A DNA stretch of 64,000 nucleotides, from contig OX597822.1 in the NCBI GenBank assembly GCA_951406725.2, positions 620,001 through 684,000 on the forward strand, given 5' to 3'. Numbering within the stretch: the first letter of the stretch is position 1; every line of letters starts with the position of its first letter. This document shows, piece after piece, positions 11,233 through 28,330 of the stretch. The stretch is from Octopus vulgaris. Its lineage: Eukaryota. The translations under genes were made by a program, and so were the position numbers. The notes under the pieces were generated by a model. That model did no database searches, had not been told where the DNA came from, and saw nothing but the letters and a program-made list of their open reading frames with translations.

Positions 11233-13619
11233 CTTTTAGCACTAATAAACTTTGGGATTTCGGTGATTTTAGTCTTTGACTTTGCACAAAGATTCGCCTG
11301 TCCATCATTGCGTGGAGTGCAGCCGTAGGCTAATGGATTACTCATTCAACATGCTGCTCCATATGGTTTCCTCTACATACCTACTGTCCGGTGACTTGCT
11401 AAAAGGAAGCCCTTGTTTGTTCAATTTGAAATTCGTAACTAATGACGCTATTGTTGACCAGAAACGTTATAAAAGTTTTTAAAAGGTCCTAAAAACGTGT
11501 TCTTCACATATATTCCATCTGGCATGTTAAATACTTCAGATCACACCAACACCACAACCCCAACCATAAAAAAAACAAAAAAACAAAAAAATTATTTTAC
11601 TGATTGACAAACCAGCATCCCCAAGTTGCAATCACCATCTTTTTGTGTCCTTTCCCTTTACAGCAATGGTTGCTGTTTAGAAGTAGAATATTGTAAAATT
11701 TCCTCAAAATCTACCCAATGAATCCACTTCTCTTCACATTTGCTATCATCAACATTTTCCTCCTCTCCTTCCTCGCCTCCTTTTCCTGTATTTCCAGTCT
11801 TTTTGAATTCATTGTGTTATTGGTAACGAATGGTACCAATCAGATTTGCCCTCATTTGAATGAAAGGCATTGTATAAAGCAGAGTTGAGCAAACCGTTTT
11901 CGACATGCAAAAGATCAAACTGAACATCAGTCGCCTAGAAAAATCGATGATTACTGTCTCTGCTTGTTCTTCTAAAATATTTAATAAATGAATAAATAAA
12001 TCTTACGGATATTCTAGATTGTTTTTAGTAAATTCCCTCCTCCTTACGTTGCCCCTCCCCTCTTCATTAACCTTTCTCTTTCCTTTAAAAACTAATTATT
12101 ATTACGATATGTTAAGCTAATTGGTTGTTTCATATCGTTGACTAATATAGGTTGGAATTGTTGAGGAAAGGGTAAGGAGTATAATTACTGAGGAAGTAGC
12201 ATACATACATAAAACATGTATATATAAACACACATATATACATAAATGAATAAATGCATACAAACAATGCACGAAAATGAATTCCTCCTGTACTCATACA
12301 TTCATGCATACATGTATAAATACACGCACATTCATACACACACATAAATAAATAAACAAGTAACACGTATACTCATACATGCATAAATACGGACGCAAAA
12401 GCGCAAGCGAATACGGATGCATGCACGTGTATAATGCTCTCATATCGTATATCTCTCAATATACATGCGTGTGTGAATGGACGCGCATGTATGTGTGTGC
12501 GCGCGCGTGTGTATGTGTGTATGTGTTTGAGAGAGGATGTGAAAAGAGAGTGCAAATCGAGGCTAATGACTGTTAGAAAGAGTAAACGAAATCAGTTGAT
12601 AAACGTAACAACACACGCAATACACAATACATAGCACAGTATTTCTACGCAGTATCGAACCGCAGCGATATCATACCCCGTAAGCTACATACTTTAATAG
12701 TGCTGTTATCACACCAGACGAAAATCGGATCACATCGCAAACCATACAACTAATGTATCCCACGGACTAAACTAACGTCACACACAGTAGCGTTGCAAGT
12801 CTCTGAAGTTAGCGGGAGAGATCACACAACAAAGAGGCGACGGGACACAAATCAAACCATTTTAAACTCATTCCTTTTATACTGCGCGAAATATTTCATG
12901 AGTTATAAACATACGTAATTGTAGTCTACATTCATTAATTTCGTGTTTCGGTAACAATGTCATGATGTAGGAAACATACAACAGGACCGGGCGATGCATT
13001 GCATTCTTCAGCAAAACACTTCATTTCATGTTGCTCTAGTTCATTCCGTTAGCATACGTGAGTAATAATAGTGAAGTCACGAAAAGCCTGGCAGACCGGC
13101 GATGGATGATGGGTCTGCCATCAAAACAAACAGAAGGCCTCGGCATGGACGGGGACCCACCCTGGTGTTGAGTGTTAACTTAGAAGAATCTACAGCCATC
13201 TAGAAAGAAACTTAACAGCGTCTAGACTGTTATGTGATACGTTACAGGATTTACCTGCGCATGCCGGAGTGTGTAGTATGGTCCTCAGCTTCGGATGGGA
13301 TCATGCCATAACTGGAAAAACGCGTCTGTGGGCTTTCCTTAGTCGCGTGGGCGGCTACTTTGTATTTTGGAGCTTTGGTTTACAACTGAACTCCACACAT
13401 GACTCAACATTACAACCAGATTATCCGCCAATATTTTGCTTGTGAGCATGCGCAAAGATACGCTTCTTCGCAAATTTTGTCTTTCATTGTAAAATTCGAG
13501 TTCATCGTTAAAACCTTCAGTTCGTACGTTATTTTCTTTCTTCATTAAATGTGAGTTCGAGTCTCATGGCTGGCCGTCGACAGATTTTTCTGCAAAATAT
13601 GGATAGTTTATCACACCTG

Positions 13620-16010
<2,391 letters not shown>

Positions 16011-16223
16011 ATATTTGACGCGTAATCACAGGAATGTGAGTTCGAGTCTCATAGCTGGCCGCCGACAGATTTGTCTGCAAAATATGGATTGTTTATTCTA
16101 TTATTAGCATCATATTATTAGCATCATCCTGCGTTTGGAAATAAAGTTATTTCCTTATCTGTATCTTTCAATACATCTCAACGCTTCTAAGGCAAACTTT
16201 ATTGACTTTCAACGTATACATAC

Positions 16224-16270
<47 letters not shown>

Positions 16271-16273
<3 letters not shown>

Positions 16274-19200
16274 AGAGTTTACGAAAAACATAAAAGACGA
16301 AGACAGGTGGTGCTCAAAATAAACAGATGTATTAGTATTAGCTCAGGAATAGAAAGTCTTTTACATTTCGAGCTTACGCTCTTCTACAGAAAAGGGACAT
16401 AAAAAATGTGTGTAGTGGCTAACGATCCATTATGGCGTCTGACTCGGACAGAAGGGTCACACACGAGAAGGAAAGTGGGGGAGATAACAAAGTAAAGATG
16501 ACCCCCAATACGAAGGTGCGTGTGTGTATAAGAGAGTATGTATGTGCGTATGAAAGAGGGTTGGTGGTTTGGACGTGTGCGTGTATGTATGTGTACGTGT
16601 GAAAATGTGGGGATGGGTGTGTGGGTGGTGTGCTGTGATGTGATGTGTAATATTGCATGGTGTAGTGTGGTGTGGTGTGATGTTGTTGGGAGGCGAGAGT
16701 GGGGAAAGCACGGGTGGGGTGTGGGTTCGGCTGAAGGTTGGGGTTTTGGGTAGGCAGAGGGTGGGGGTAGAAGTGGGTATGTGTGGGAGGGTATGTGGGA
16801 TATAATGGGGGATGGGATGGGGGATGGGAAGGATAGGGAAGGTGGAGTAGGAACGTGTAGGGGTGGGTGGGCTTATGGGGGGAGGGGAAGGTAGGTATGT
16901 GAGGAGAGAGAGGAGGAGAGAAGAGAGAAAGAGAATAAGAGAAGGGAGAGAAAGAGGGAAGAGTGAAAGAGAGTAAGAGAGAAGAGAGAAAGATCGAAAG
17001 AGATAAGAGGGAAGAGGGAAAGAAGGGAGAGAAAGAGAGTAAGAGAGAAGAGGGAAAGAGAGTAGGGGTGAAGAGAAGTAGGAGTGAAGAGAAGTAGGAA
17101 TCGGGGCAAGAGAGGGGAGTTGGGTGGGAAGAAGGAGGAGGGAGGGGGGAGAGAGGAGAGAAGGAGAGTGAGGGAGCTGAGAGAAAGAGAGAAGAGAGAA
17201 AGAGAGTAAGAGAGAAGCGGGAAAGAGAGTAGGGGTGAAAAGATGTAGGAGTGAAGTGAAGTAGGAGTCGGGGAGGAGGTTAGATGAAGAAGGGAGGAGA
17301 GTTGAGCCCAAATGGCGTAAAAGAGCGAAGAGAGAAGATTAATCCCTGTTCACGGCGCAAACGGCAGTCCGGATGGCCTCTGTGCAAGGACAATCCGAAC
17401 ACAGAAAAGCATTGCAAAGAGTGACCGGTGGAGCGGAAATGGCGTGAGACCGGGGTGTCATTGCCGAGGCGGATGTCTCGGAGGTGTTCCGTGAACCGGT
17501 CAGCCAAGCGGCGTCCCGTTTGTCCGATGTACAGGAAATGGCAGAGAGAGCAGGAGATACAACAGATGATATTGCTGGAGGTGCAGGTGAGGAGGGTGGT
17601 GTTGGAGAGGTAAGGGCAAGTGCAGCACCGTGGGCAGGAGCACGGGAACGAGCCAGGTTGGGAGGTAGGGTTGGAGAAGAAGCTATGGACCAAGAGGTCT
17701 CGTAGGTTGTGGGCTCGTTTGAAGGAGGGGAGGGGTCGGTTAGGGAAGAGGTGTGAAGTGGACGGGGCGGACTGGAGATGCCGGAAAGCTCGGAGAATGG
17801 TGCGTTGGAGAGGTAGGGCGGTGGGGTGGTAGGTGATGGGAAAAGGGAGGTGGGAGACTACAGGGCGGATTCGGGGGAGAGAGCAAATGCACAGTCCACA
17901 GAACGTGCTCTGGCAAGGGCGGTGTGGATAGTGGTGAGGGGATATCGACGTAGGATGAAGTGGCGAGCCATGAGTTGAGACTGAGTCTCAAAGTCATGGT
18001 CGTCACTACAGAGCCTGCGTAGACGGAGGGATTGGGAATAGGGGATGGAAAGCTTGGTGTGTTTTGGGTGGGAGGAGGAGATGTTTAGGTATGAGTGTGA
18101 GTCTGTGTGTTTGTAGTAGATGGAGGTGGTAAGTAGATGGAGTTGATGAATGCTGACCGAAATGTCAAGAAAGGAGACAGAGGTGTCAGAGATAGTGCAG
18201 GAGAAGTGGAGGGTAGGATGGAAAGATTTGACGAAAGAGAGGAAGGAGTCTAGATGGCACCGATACAGTCGTCAATGTAACTGCCATATAGTTCGGGAGT
18301 GGGACCAGTGAAACTAGAGAATATGTAGGCCTCAACATAGCCAACGAACAGGTTCGCATAGTTGGGGCCCATTCTCGTTCCCATGGCCACTCTCGATCTG
18401 CTGGTTGAACTTGCCCGCGAACGAGAAGCAGTTGAGTGAGAGGACAAGTTGGGCCGGACGAACGAGTGTGGAGGTGTCGGGTTGGGAATTGGTTCGGAGA
18501 TCCAGGAAGTGTTTCAATGCACGCAGCCCCTCGTGGTGAGAGATCACAGTGTAGAGGATCTGGATGTCCAGTGTAAAGAGAAGTTTGGAGGAGCCAGGCG
18601 GGAAGGAGAAAGAGTTGAATAGACGAAGAGCATGGTTGGTGTCATGGATGTGAGAAGGAAGAGAAGCCACTAGGGGGCAAGGACACGGTCGAGATATTTG
18701 GAGATAAGCTCGGTGGTGCAGTTACAGGCGGAGACGATGGGGCGTCCAGGGTTGTTGGGTTTGTAGATTTTGGGGAGGAAGTAAATGGTGGGGGTGCGGG
18801 GGATTTGGACAATGAGGTTGGGGAGACGGGAGGACGAGATGAGGTCATGGATGGTAGAGGAGACCATCTGTTGGTAGCTGGGCGTGGGGTCAGAGGACAG
18901 AGTGCAGTAGAAGGAGGTGTCATGGAGTTGGCGGAGGGCTTCGGCCCTGTAGAAGTCCGCGCGCCATACCACCACAGCTCCACCCTTGTAGGCCGGTTTA
19001 ATAACGATGTCAGTGCGCCGTCGGAGGGAACGAAGAACCGAGAGTTCGGCTGGGGAGATGTTGAGACGACGGGGACGCCTGGAGATGTTGAACCGCTCCA
19101 AAGCGCGCTGACAGGTGCCCGCAAAAAGATCCACTGCTTGGAGCAGGCGTTCACTGGGATGGTCGGCGGCCCCGGTCAGTGAAGCAGTCCTCCTCGTTTG

Positions 19201-20440
19201 CTGCGGGTGGAGTGTCGCGGAAAAGCGGACACAAACTAACGCGGCGCACAAAGCTGTGGATATCAGCACAAGTCTGAAATTCCTTACAGGATGGAGTGAG
19301 GGGGATGAAATGCAGACCACCACTGAGGATGGAGCGCTCCACCACAGAGAGGGGAAGATCTGGGGGAATGGTAACAACAGACTGAAGTGGAGAAGGGGTG
19401 GATAGGGTGGAGGTAGGAGGGGTGGTAGGGCTGGTGGAAGGCTGGGAGGAGGGTGTGGGGATGTGTGAGGGGGTTTGGAGGGACAGGGGGTTGGGTATGG
19501 GTGGGTGGAGCATATCAGGGAGGGAGAAGGGTAGTGGAGGCGTTAGGGTAGTGGCATCGGGTGTGATGGAATGGAGGAGTGAGCGGAGTTTACGAAGTTT
19601 GGTGTTGGTAAGAAATTGATGAAACAGGTGATTTAAATGAATTATATAACGCAACGTGTTGTAAGCATGGAAGGGCGGCAGAGAGGAGAAAAAGATGGAA
19701 AAACAGGAGGGAGAATACGGTCGATGGTAAGGCGGTAAGATGTGGTACGGAGTATGGGTAGGATGGATGAAGCATAGTGGAGAGAGGGGTGGAAATGGAG
19801 GCGGAAACCTTTAGGGATGAGGTGGTGATGTAAGCAGTGACTGAGAAATGAAACGTAGCTGGAGAAGCGGGTTTTTTTGAAAATGAGTAAACAGAGGTTA
19901 ATGGACGGCTGAAAGCAGTGGGAAGGATATAAGCAGAGGTATATTTTAGGCGATGGTGAAGGGTGGGATTTGTAGTCCGGCATAATAAGGAGAAAGAAAA
20001 AATCTTGCGGGGAGGAAATTTAACGTGGAAAGAAAACATACAAATGGTGTGGGTAGAAAGAAGCACAAGCGTTTGAAGAAAAAATAAAAATAAAAATAAA
20101 ATGAAATAAAATGAAAAAAAGAAAAATAAATAAATAAATAAAACGATAATAATAAGAAAAGGGCGTCGGGAGATGAAAATATATGCAAGGTGGGAGAAGA
20201 AAATAAGAGAAAATAAAAGCGATGAAGATGGAACAAATAGAAAGTGGGGAGAAAGGGAGAAGAGAAGATGAGGAGAGAAAAGAAACGGAGGGAGAGGGAG
20301 GGAAAATAACGGGTGCAAACTAAGGAAAAGAGAGTAAGGACCTCCAGAGAAGGAAGAGACGACAGAAGGAGAAGATAAAAAATACAGGAAAGTTTAGAAA
20401 GTATAAAAATAAATATAAAAATAAAGTAATGACAATAATA
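16271..20440 (-). mobile_element. Near full-length Penelope-like retroelement (Neptune-type), copy 2, degenerate
   Basis: Minus-strand fragments: N-terminal FLSHCLHHHLIPKGF, IVIKPAYKGGAVVVWRAD, YFLPKIYKPNNPGRPIVS, YIDD, GIY-YIG (CISCSLCHFLYIGQTGRRL); many frameshifts; 3' end with hammerhead-like motif abutting (TA)n. The 5' boundary is uncertain. Confidence 0.92.
16356..16394 (-). ncRNA. Minimal hammerhead-ribozyme-like motif (variant core CUGUAGA)
   Basis: Reverse complement CTTTT-CTGTAGA-A-GAGC-GTAA-GCTC-GAAATGT-AAAAG. Confidence 0.65.
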
Positions 20441-20557
20441 ATAGTTTTACGTAAAGTTCAAAGGTTTTTTGACAGGTTGATTGTATATACGTATATATGG
20501 GTATATATGTATATATACATATAAATATACATAGATATGTGTGTGTGCATAAATATG

Positions 20558-20594
<37 letters not shown>

Positions 20595-20595
20595 T

Positions 20596-21150
<555 letters not shown>

Positions 21151-21779
21151 ACACGCTCACACTCACACACACACACATGCGCGCGCACACACACACGCAC
21201 ACACACATACAACACCCCCACACACATCCAGTATACGTAGAACGAGCAAAAAACGTACTCCATCCACTGAGTGATAAATACCAATTTGATACACATTACA
21301 AAAGCTACTAATAGGTTCATGCGTTTACGATACTTTAAGTAGATATATTTATAAAACATGTCATGTATTTTCAAACAATCTTTTGGGCTCTGTATACACG
21401 TTAAATGTATTTTAAAAACCAGGACGCAGGGCAGTGAGAAAATAAGAAAAAACGAGAAGAAAAACGCGAAGCAGCTTGATGCAAAAAATGGAACATAAAG
21501 AAAGAAACCAATATTTCCGTTTTCCCTGGTAGCAGAAATCACAGTTAATCCAGCTCGTGTAGAACAATTTAACAGAAAATACGCCAAGTCTGCGAGACAG
21601 CAACTCAATCCGGCGCGGTTGACGTTCTCCAGTTCGACAATCGAAACCTGTTCATGTGTTTGCAACTGCTACAAATTTCAGATCTGGAAGATTTAATTTG
21701 GCCAATTTTGACAATTTTGGCAGCAATCACAATTTTAATACATCGAGGAATAGACTCCTACTGGTTCTGAACGGTTGTT

Positions 21780-21898
21780 TGGCAAATTTTGAGCCACTCT
21801 TTAAGTAAGGCCTATTTCAGTGCTTTCAGAGACCATGGCTGAGGGACTCTGAAAGCACTGAAGTAGGCTTTACTTAACGAGTGGCTCAAAATTTGCCA
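21780..21898. repeat. 52-bp inverted repeat with 15-nt loop
   Basis: Arms 21780-21831 and 21847-21898 differ at 3 positions. Confidence 0.93.
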
Positions 21899-21914
21899 TC
21901 TATCTATATATTTA

Positions 21915-22110
<196 letters not shown>

Positions 22111-22124
22111 TGCTCTTCTTTCAT

Positions 22125-22665
22125 CTTTTATCTTTTACTTGTTTCAGTCATTAGGCTGCAGCCAGGCTGGGGCACCGCCATGAAGAATTTTTAACCGAAT
22201 GAATCGGCCCCAATACTTGGTTTTAATCTAGATACTTATTCTGTCGATCGCTTTTGTTGAAGCGCTAATGTCATGGGGACGTAAACTCACCAACACCTGT
22301 TGCCAAGCGATGGTGGTGGCCAAACACCACAGATGCACAGACATACAGTCACACACACACAGACACACACATACACACGAGTTCACGCACATGCACGCAC
22401 ACACAGACACACACACGCGCACACACGCGCACACACAGACACACACACGCACACACAGACACACAAATACACATACACGTATATGCGACGGGCTTTTTTC
22501 AGTTTCCGTCTACCAAATCCACTCACGAAGCTTTGATCGATCCGAGGCTTTGATCGATCCGAGGCTTCAGTAGAAGCTACTTGTCCAAGGTACCACGCAG
22601 TGGGACTGAACCCGGAACCGTGTGGTTGAGAAGCAAGCTTCTTACTATACAACCACGTCTGCGCC
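22125..22665 (-). mobile_element. SINE family A
   Basis: Full head, body and tail on the minus strand with an internal (CA)n-like tract. Confidence 0.85.
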
Positions 22666-24036
22666 TTATCTATGTTTCTAAAATTGAACGATTTGCACTC
22701 CCAAACGATCCTGTGTTTGATTTAAATACGATGTACCTATGGCTTTGTTATAATATACGATGACCTCTTTCACAGTTTCTGGTTTTGACATTCAACTCAT
22801 AAGTGTTCAGTCACCGTGATGTTAAAACAGGAGACACCTGGATAACCCGGAACTCATGAACTGTGTGGTTGTGAAGCGAGATTCTTAACCACTCATTTCT
22901 GTCTTCACCAATCATTAAATTTCCTTAACTGGAATAGTTTGCTTGCAATCCTTGTAGTAAAGTAATAAGCTCAAGACAAGGCAATTCAGGAAATCGGTGT
23001 GAATTCTCATTGACATTCTATTTTTAGTCAATTTTGGTCCCGAATCTTTGCGTTCTGAGTTCAAATCTCACCCAAGTCAGCACCGCCTTTCATCCTTCCA
23101 GGTTCGATGAAAAAAGGCAAAAGAAAAAAAAAAGGCAATTCAGAGCAATGGATTGGCGTAACTATTAGAACGTCAGATTGGATGCCTTGCGATATTTGTT
23201 TCGGTTCTTTGCTTTCTGAGATCAAAACTCGCATTAACCTATGTGTGTAATAAACTGAATCCACCACCCAAATTAACACCGCTATCTGGCACCTTGAATA
23301 CTGTAAACCGAGTCCCTTCTTCCAGGCACTTACGCCGGGTCTCCACTTTCAGCAATCCCATCAACCTCTGACGCCTTGTGAAATGTTACGGGTACTGCTT
23401 TTCCGCCTGACTAGCTCAACTCCTTGTAAAGGCCAACATCATCGCATAAACTTCATTTGGTTGTTACGTTCAAATATAGCTACTTGTGACTATGATAGAA
23501 ATCCACATCTGTACGATACCAGGACTAGAGCCGGATAGCAAATGGTGTACCCAGATCAACTAATTTTGTAATGATGCTTTGTTTCGAAGCTGGAGCCATT
23601 TTATGATATCTCATTCACACCATAGAAGCCAATATGCAGTGTATGGACATCACAACATTTCTTCTTTTTCTTCGTAAATTTTACTAGGACATATTATGTT
23701 TTTTATTATCCAGAACAAAAGCGCAACATTAATTTTAAAGGCCATTGTTTCCTCTTCTGAACACGTGAATAAATGTTTGTTTCACTTACAAATTGTTTTA
23801 GACACACATTTTAATTAAACAGTATTTATAGATTTAAAACTATTATAAATATATTATACACATATTTTAATTAGAAATAAATACCCAGGAATTTATAGAT
23901 GTATGAAATATATTTTAATGGAACATTTATTCAGAATGATTTGGAAGTTTTAGAACTTAAAAACAATGTAGTGATGTCGCCACAGCGGCAAGACAATATT
24001 GTTACTTATATAGTTGTTGCTGTTGCTGTTGCTGTT

Positions 24037-24397
24037 GAGCGAAGCGGTCTTCGTCCCAGAGCTCGCAAGATGGGAGAAGTCCGAAACGTGGTCCTTTGCT
24101 ATTCGTAAGACCCGCAGAAGAGAAAGCAGGTCAACCCCCGACACCGAGAGCATCGATGGATGGATGAATGCGCATCCAGGCTCAGCGGTTGCGTAGGAAG
24201 TTGGGGATAAGAAACAGGAAGAAAGAGTGAGAGAAAGAGTACAACAGGGGTCGCCACCCCCACCCCCTGCCGGAGCCTCGTGAAGCTTTAGGTGTTTTCG
24301 CTCAATAAACACACACAACGCCCGGTCTGGGAATCGAATTCGCGATCCTCCTACCGCGAGTCCGCTGCCCTAACCATTGGGCCATTGCGCCTCCACT
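24037..24397 (-). mobile_element. tRNA-derived SINE, family B (head GGAGGCGCAATGGCCC)
   Basis: Reverse complement head TGGCCCAATGGTTAGGGCAGCGGACTCGCGG..TTCGATTCCCAGACCGGGCG; (CAACAG)n tail. Confidence 0.85.
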
Positions 24398-24739
24398 GCT
24401 GTTGCTGCTGTTCTTGTTTCACCACAGTCTAGTTATGACTGAGCGAACCTATGATCAAATGTACTAAAGCCCTGACAATATTATTTGATTTAGAGACTAT
24501 TTATCTATGACAAATATTATTCATTGTCTTTTTTTATAAGATAATAACATGATTTGAAGGAGAGTGAGTTGCTGTTTCTAATTAGGCGAGATATCATATA
24601 GGCTATAATGAGCCTATCTGACTCATTGGAAAACAATATTGATTGTCTTTACTCGACTATTGTCAACAGCGAAGAGAAAGCTTTTTATTGTGTCTTTGCT
24701 GTTAAGTTTTCGTAATTTCAAAACTTTACTCAGTGAAAC

Positions 24740-25010
24740 ACAATTTCTGTCCTTGGGTAGCAACTGTTATTTCTTACATACTCCTAGAAAGTATGAAAAA
24801 TGGTTAATAGTTTCTTCAAACTATGCTTTTGTTGCATTTAGTCATAGCCAAAAGAATTCCTCTCAACACATAGCTTTGATGTTACCCCACTACTCCTGCT
24901 CATGATCAGAGACACCACTAAGGGACATGTTCAAGTGGTTATCGTCAAGCAACTGACAAGCAAATCTGTGGCATTGAATAGAATATTTGATATAACGATA
25001 TTTCTGCTTC
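24740..25010. mobile_element. Unclassified dispersed repeat, second copy at ~53560-53990
   Basis: AATTCCTCT.AACACAT.GCT.TGATG...CCCCACTACT.CTGCTC.TGATCAGA..CTGACAAGCAAAT.TGTGG shared by both loci. Confidence 0.7.
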
Positions 25011-26959
25011 AGCATCTCTGAAAAGTAATGGAAAATAAGTCAGTTTCAAAACATTGATGTCCAGGTCGCAAAATCAAAGTTTGAAGGGAATAGTAGTCAT
25101 TTCCTTTGATTTCTAGATGGAAACAAATAGGAAATCACATTTACTGACCAAAGATAAAGAAGAAAATTACACGTTATTTTCCATTTTTTTATTGGAGCGG
25201 TCTTGAGAATGAGATCACGTCCATGGATAGCAAGGCCTCTACGACCGATGAGAGTGATGTGGCCAATGTTCTTCTTGGACATTGTTGAGAAACCACAGAC
25301 GAAGAAGGAATTCTGAAGAACAAACATACTGGGAAGGAAAGACCAAGCTTTTGATATCTGTGCGAAATTGGCAGATTGTGAGCACAATAAAGAGGACAAG
25401 CGAAGGAGGAATGAGAGAGTTGAGAGTGCCTCGGTTGAGGTAGCACATGACTAGCCAGCCAGCCAGCCAGCCAGCCAGCCAACCAGCCAGCCAGCCAGCC
25501 AACCAGTTAGTTGGTGCAAAAGCCACAGTAGTAGCGTTAGGAGAAAAAACAGAGAGTGGAGTCATCATGTCTCTGACACAGAGATGGAGTGAGTTGGTGA
25601 GCGAATCATTGTCAACCATTTGGGTGATTTTGTTTCTCAGTGCGATTTATGATGCTTGAATGAGTAGCAGCATCACAGTTTCAGATGCAGGAGTGGTACT
25701 TTATGGGAGTTTATGGAGAAAATGCTTTGGGCTTTTCTTCCGGCTCTTTACGTTCTGAGATAAATCTCACTGAGATAAACTATTTCTTCAACCCTCCGGG
25801 GTTGCTAAAGTGAAGTATCAAACAGAAAAAAAAAAACAAAAATAACACACGCACAGAAGATGTGGGCACGCTCACCGCTCATCAGTAATCGACCAAAAGT
25901 CATTACATTTTCGATACCTTATCGATAATATTGTTCGATTTTGGTGCTGTGGAATTCAACCATAAAGTTGGCGGAGTGTAAATAAGTGAAGATAGAATTA
26001 GTCAAGCACAAAAAAAAAAGAAAAGAAAAACAGAGGAGCGGAGTTTCTCTACCGAAAAGTATAAAGGACGAATTATGTGGAGAGCGGGATCTCTTATTTC
26101 TAGCTGCTCGATGGCAGTTGACTCTACTGAGTTTATCCTCAGGTTTTGTCTGATAGGTTTTGTTTGTCGTCCAGTTAGGTGTCCTACAAACACTATCTTT
26201 CTCACCAAAGTAGCTTGGTGGACTTGATGGTTTAATCACCGACGGCTCGAGCACGTGACAGGTTGTACTGGATTACATGTTGCTAGTAGAACTAAGGGTG
26301 AGCTCACACATACGCGTGCGTGCATAAATAGAGAGATGGATGAATGGATGGGTAGATAGAAAGATACATATAGATACAAAATTATTGTGGTCTAAATTCT
26401 AATCAAGCACTATTGCTTCGGGGTTCGAAACCTGCTCTCTTTCTACTGATGAAAATTTTTCTTAAAATGAAACCAGTTAATACACACACATTCTCAGATA
26501 TACATCTCACATATATACAAACTTACACCCACACAAACCTACACATTAACTCCTACACACACACGCATCACACATATGCAACCGCATACCCACACAACTC
26601 TTTTACGCGTTACACATTAACAAATTTCTAGAACTACAAAGAAATCTAGTGACAATAGGAGAGATCGGCTTGAATTCTTTGAAAAATAGTTCAAATAAAC
26701 AGGGTGACATAAAAACTATCAACAGGGGCTAATTACCAGCGTAGGCGGACAACAAGCAGGGGAAGATGAAATGATGGGCATGATTACAATGGCATAGTTT
26801 GACACCGAGACAAAGAAACTGTTAAAGTACACGGCGTCCATTGTTATTTTACGGCTATGTTTATTATCACGTGACAATATTTATATTGACTCAGTAATTT
26901 TGGTAAAAAGGCTTTCATACGCAACGCACATATTTTCTGATCTAGATATGTATGTGTGT

Positions 26960-27086
26960 GAGTGACTGTGTGGTAAGTAGCTTGCTTACCAACTACATGA
27001 TTCCGGGTTCAGTCCCACTGCGTGGCAAGTGCCTTCTACTATAGACTCGGGCCGACCAAAGTCTTGTGAGTGGAAGGAGCCTGTCG

Positions 27087-27138
<52 letters not shown>

Positions 27139-28330
27139 AGTGTGTGTGTGTGAGTGTGAGTGTGTGTGAGTGTGTGAGTGTGTGAGCTGCTGATCATCAT
27201 TACAAGAGAGTACATTGGCCCCCACGAGTGGAACTGCAGCCGGGAATGTTAAATGTTCTCAAACAGCCTGCTTCTAGTAGATTCCAACAAAATCTTATTA
27301 CCCCCCCCCACACTTAATATCAAACTCGGATTGGTAAAACAGTTTGTGAAGGCCTTAGATTTTAGAGGAGAAGCTTTTCAAGAAATTTGTCTTATGTTTC
27401 CAAAGCTATCTGAGGCTAAGATCAAGGGTGGCATATTTGTTGGGTCCCAAGTAAATGCAATGTTAAAGTCGAAGAAACTGGAAAGAGCGATGAGAAAAGT
27501 TGAAAAAAAAGCTTGGTGTGCATTTCGTGATGTAGTTCGTGGATTCCTAGGAAATCACAAGGATCCTAATTACAAACAGCTGGTAGCAAAGCTTATAGAA
27601 AACTTCAAGAAAATGGGGTTGTCGTATGTCCTTAAAGGTTCACTTTTTGCATTCTCACCTAGATTTTCCCACCGAAAACTTGGGTGATGTCAGTGAGGAG
27701 CATGGTGAGAGATTTCATCAGACTATCGCAACTATGGAAAGACGATACCAAGGACAATGGGATACTGCTATGATGGGAGATTATATATGGTCTCTAGTCA
27801 GAAGAGATGAAGGTATACACTACAGAAAATCTCGATCGTCAAAGCACTTCTCATCTTAAGAAAAGAGTTATCAAGGCATTTACAGTGCAGAGTTCTATTG
27901 TTTCTTTTTGTTCTAACTAATATTATACTTCCTAAATACCTTTCAATATATGAAAAAGTACTAAATGTTGTGTAATTATCCTTACAATACTAGAATAGAC
28001 TGAACCAACAAAGTGCTGTAGAGAAAAGTTACAAATATAACGAGCAAATAGAAAATTAGGAATAAATAAACAACTATTGACGTCACGACAAAACGAATGT
28101 CATTTTTGAATTCAGTGGCAAAAATGCATAAATGAACATTAAAAAATACAAATAAACAAAACATGTGTTACATTGTGTTAATAGGCAACCAGTGATGGTC
28201 TGTTTATGTCCCCGTAACTTAACGCTTTATCAAAAGAGAATGATAGATTAAGCACCAGGCTTTAAAACATAACGGTAAGGCGGTGCACCAGTATGACCGC
28301 AATCTAATGACTGAAAAAGTAAAAGAAAAC
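26960..28330 (+). mobile_element. SINE family A split by a transposase fragment (head 26960-27090, 3' half ~28180-28330)
   Basis: Head TGTGTGGTAAGTAGCTTGC..GAGCCTGTCG, and after the insert GTTTATGTCCCCGTAACTT..ATGACCGCAATCTAATGACTGAAA. Confidence 0.7.
27186..28177 (+). mobile_element. Chapaev3-like (CMC superfamily) DNA transposon, 3' part with terminus
   Basis: KILLPP..IKLGLVKQFVKALD, MSLKVHFLHSHLDF..ENLGDVSEEHGERFHQ.I..MERRYQG.W...MMGDY.W; ends ...TTACATTGTG (CAC terminus on the other strand) followed by TTA. Family assignment is from recalled motifs. Confidence 0.75.

Noticed and set aside
24320-24397. tRNA gene (also at 9795, 31203, 37657, 49205)
   Set aside because: A and B boxes are present but the sequence continues into SINE bodies with no clean cloverleaf or terminator; these are SINE heads.
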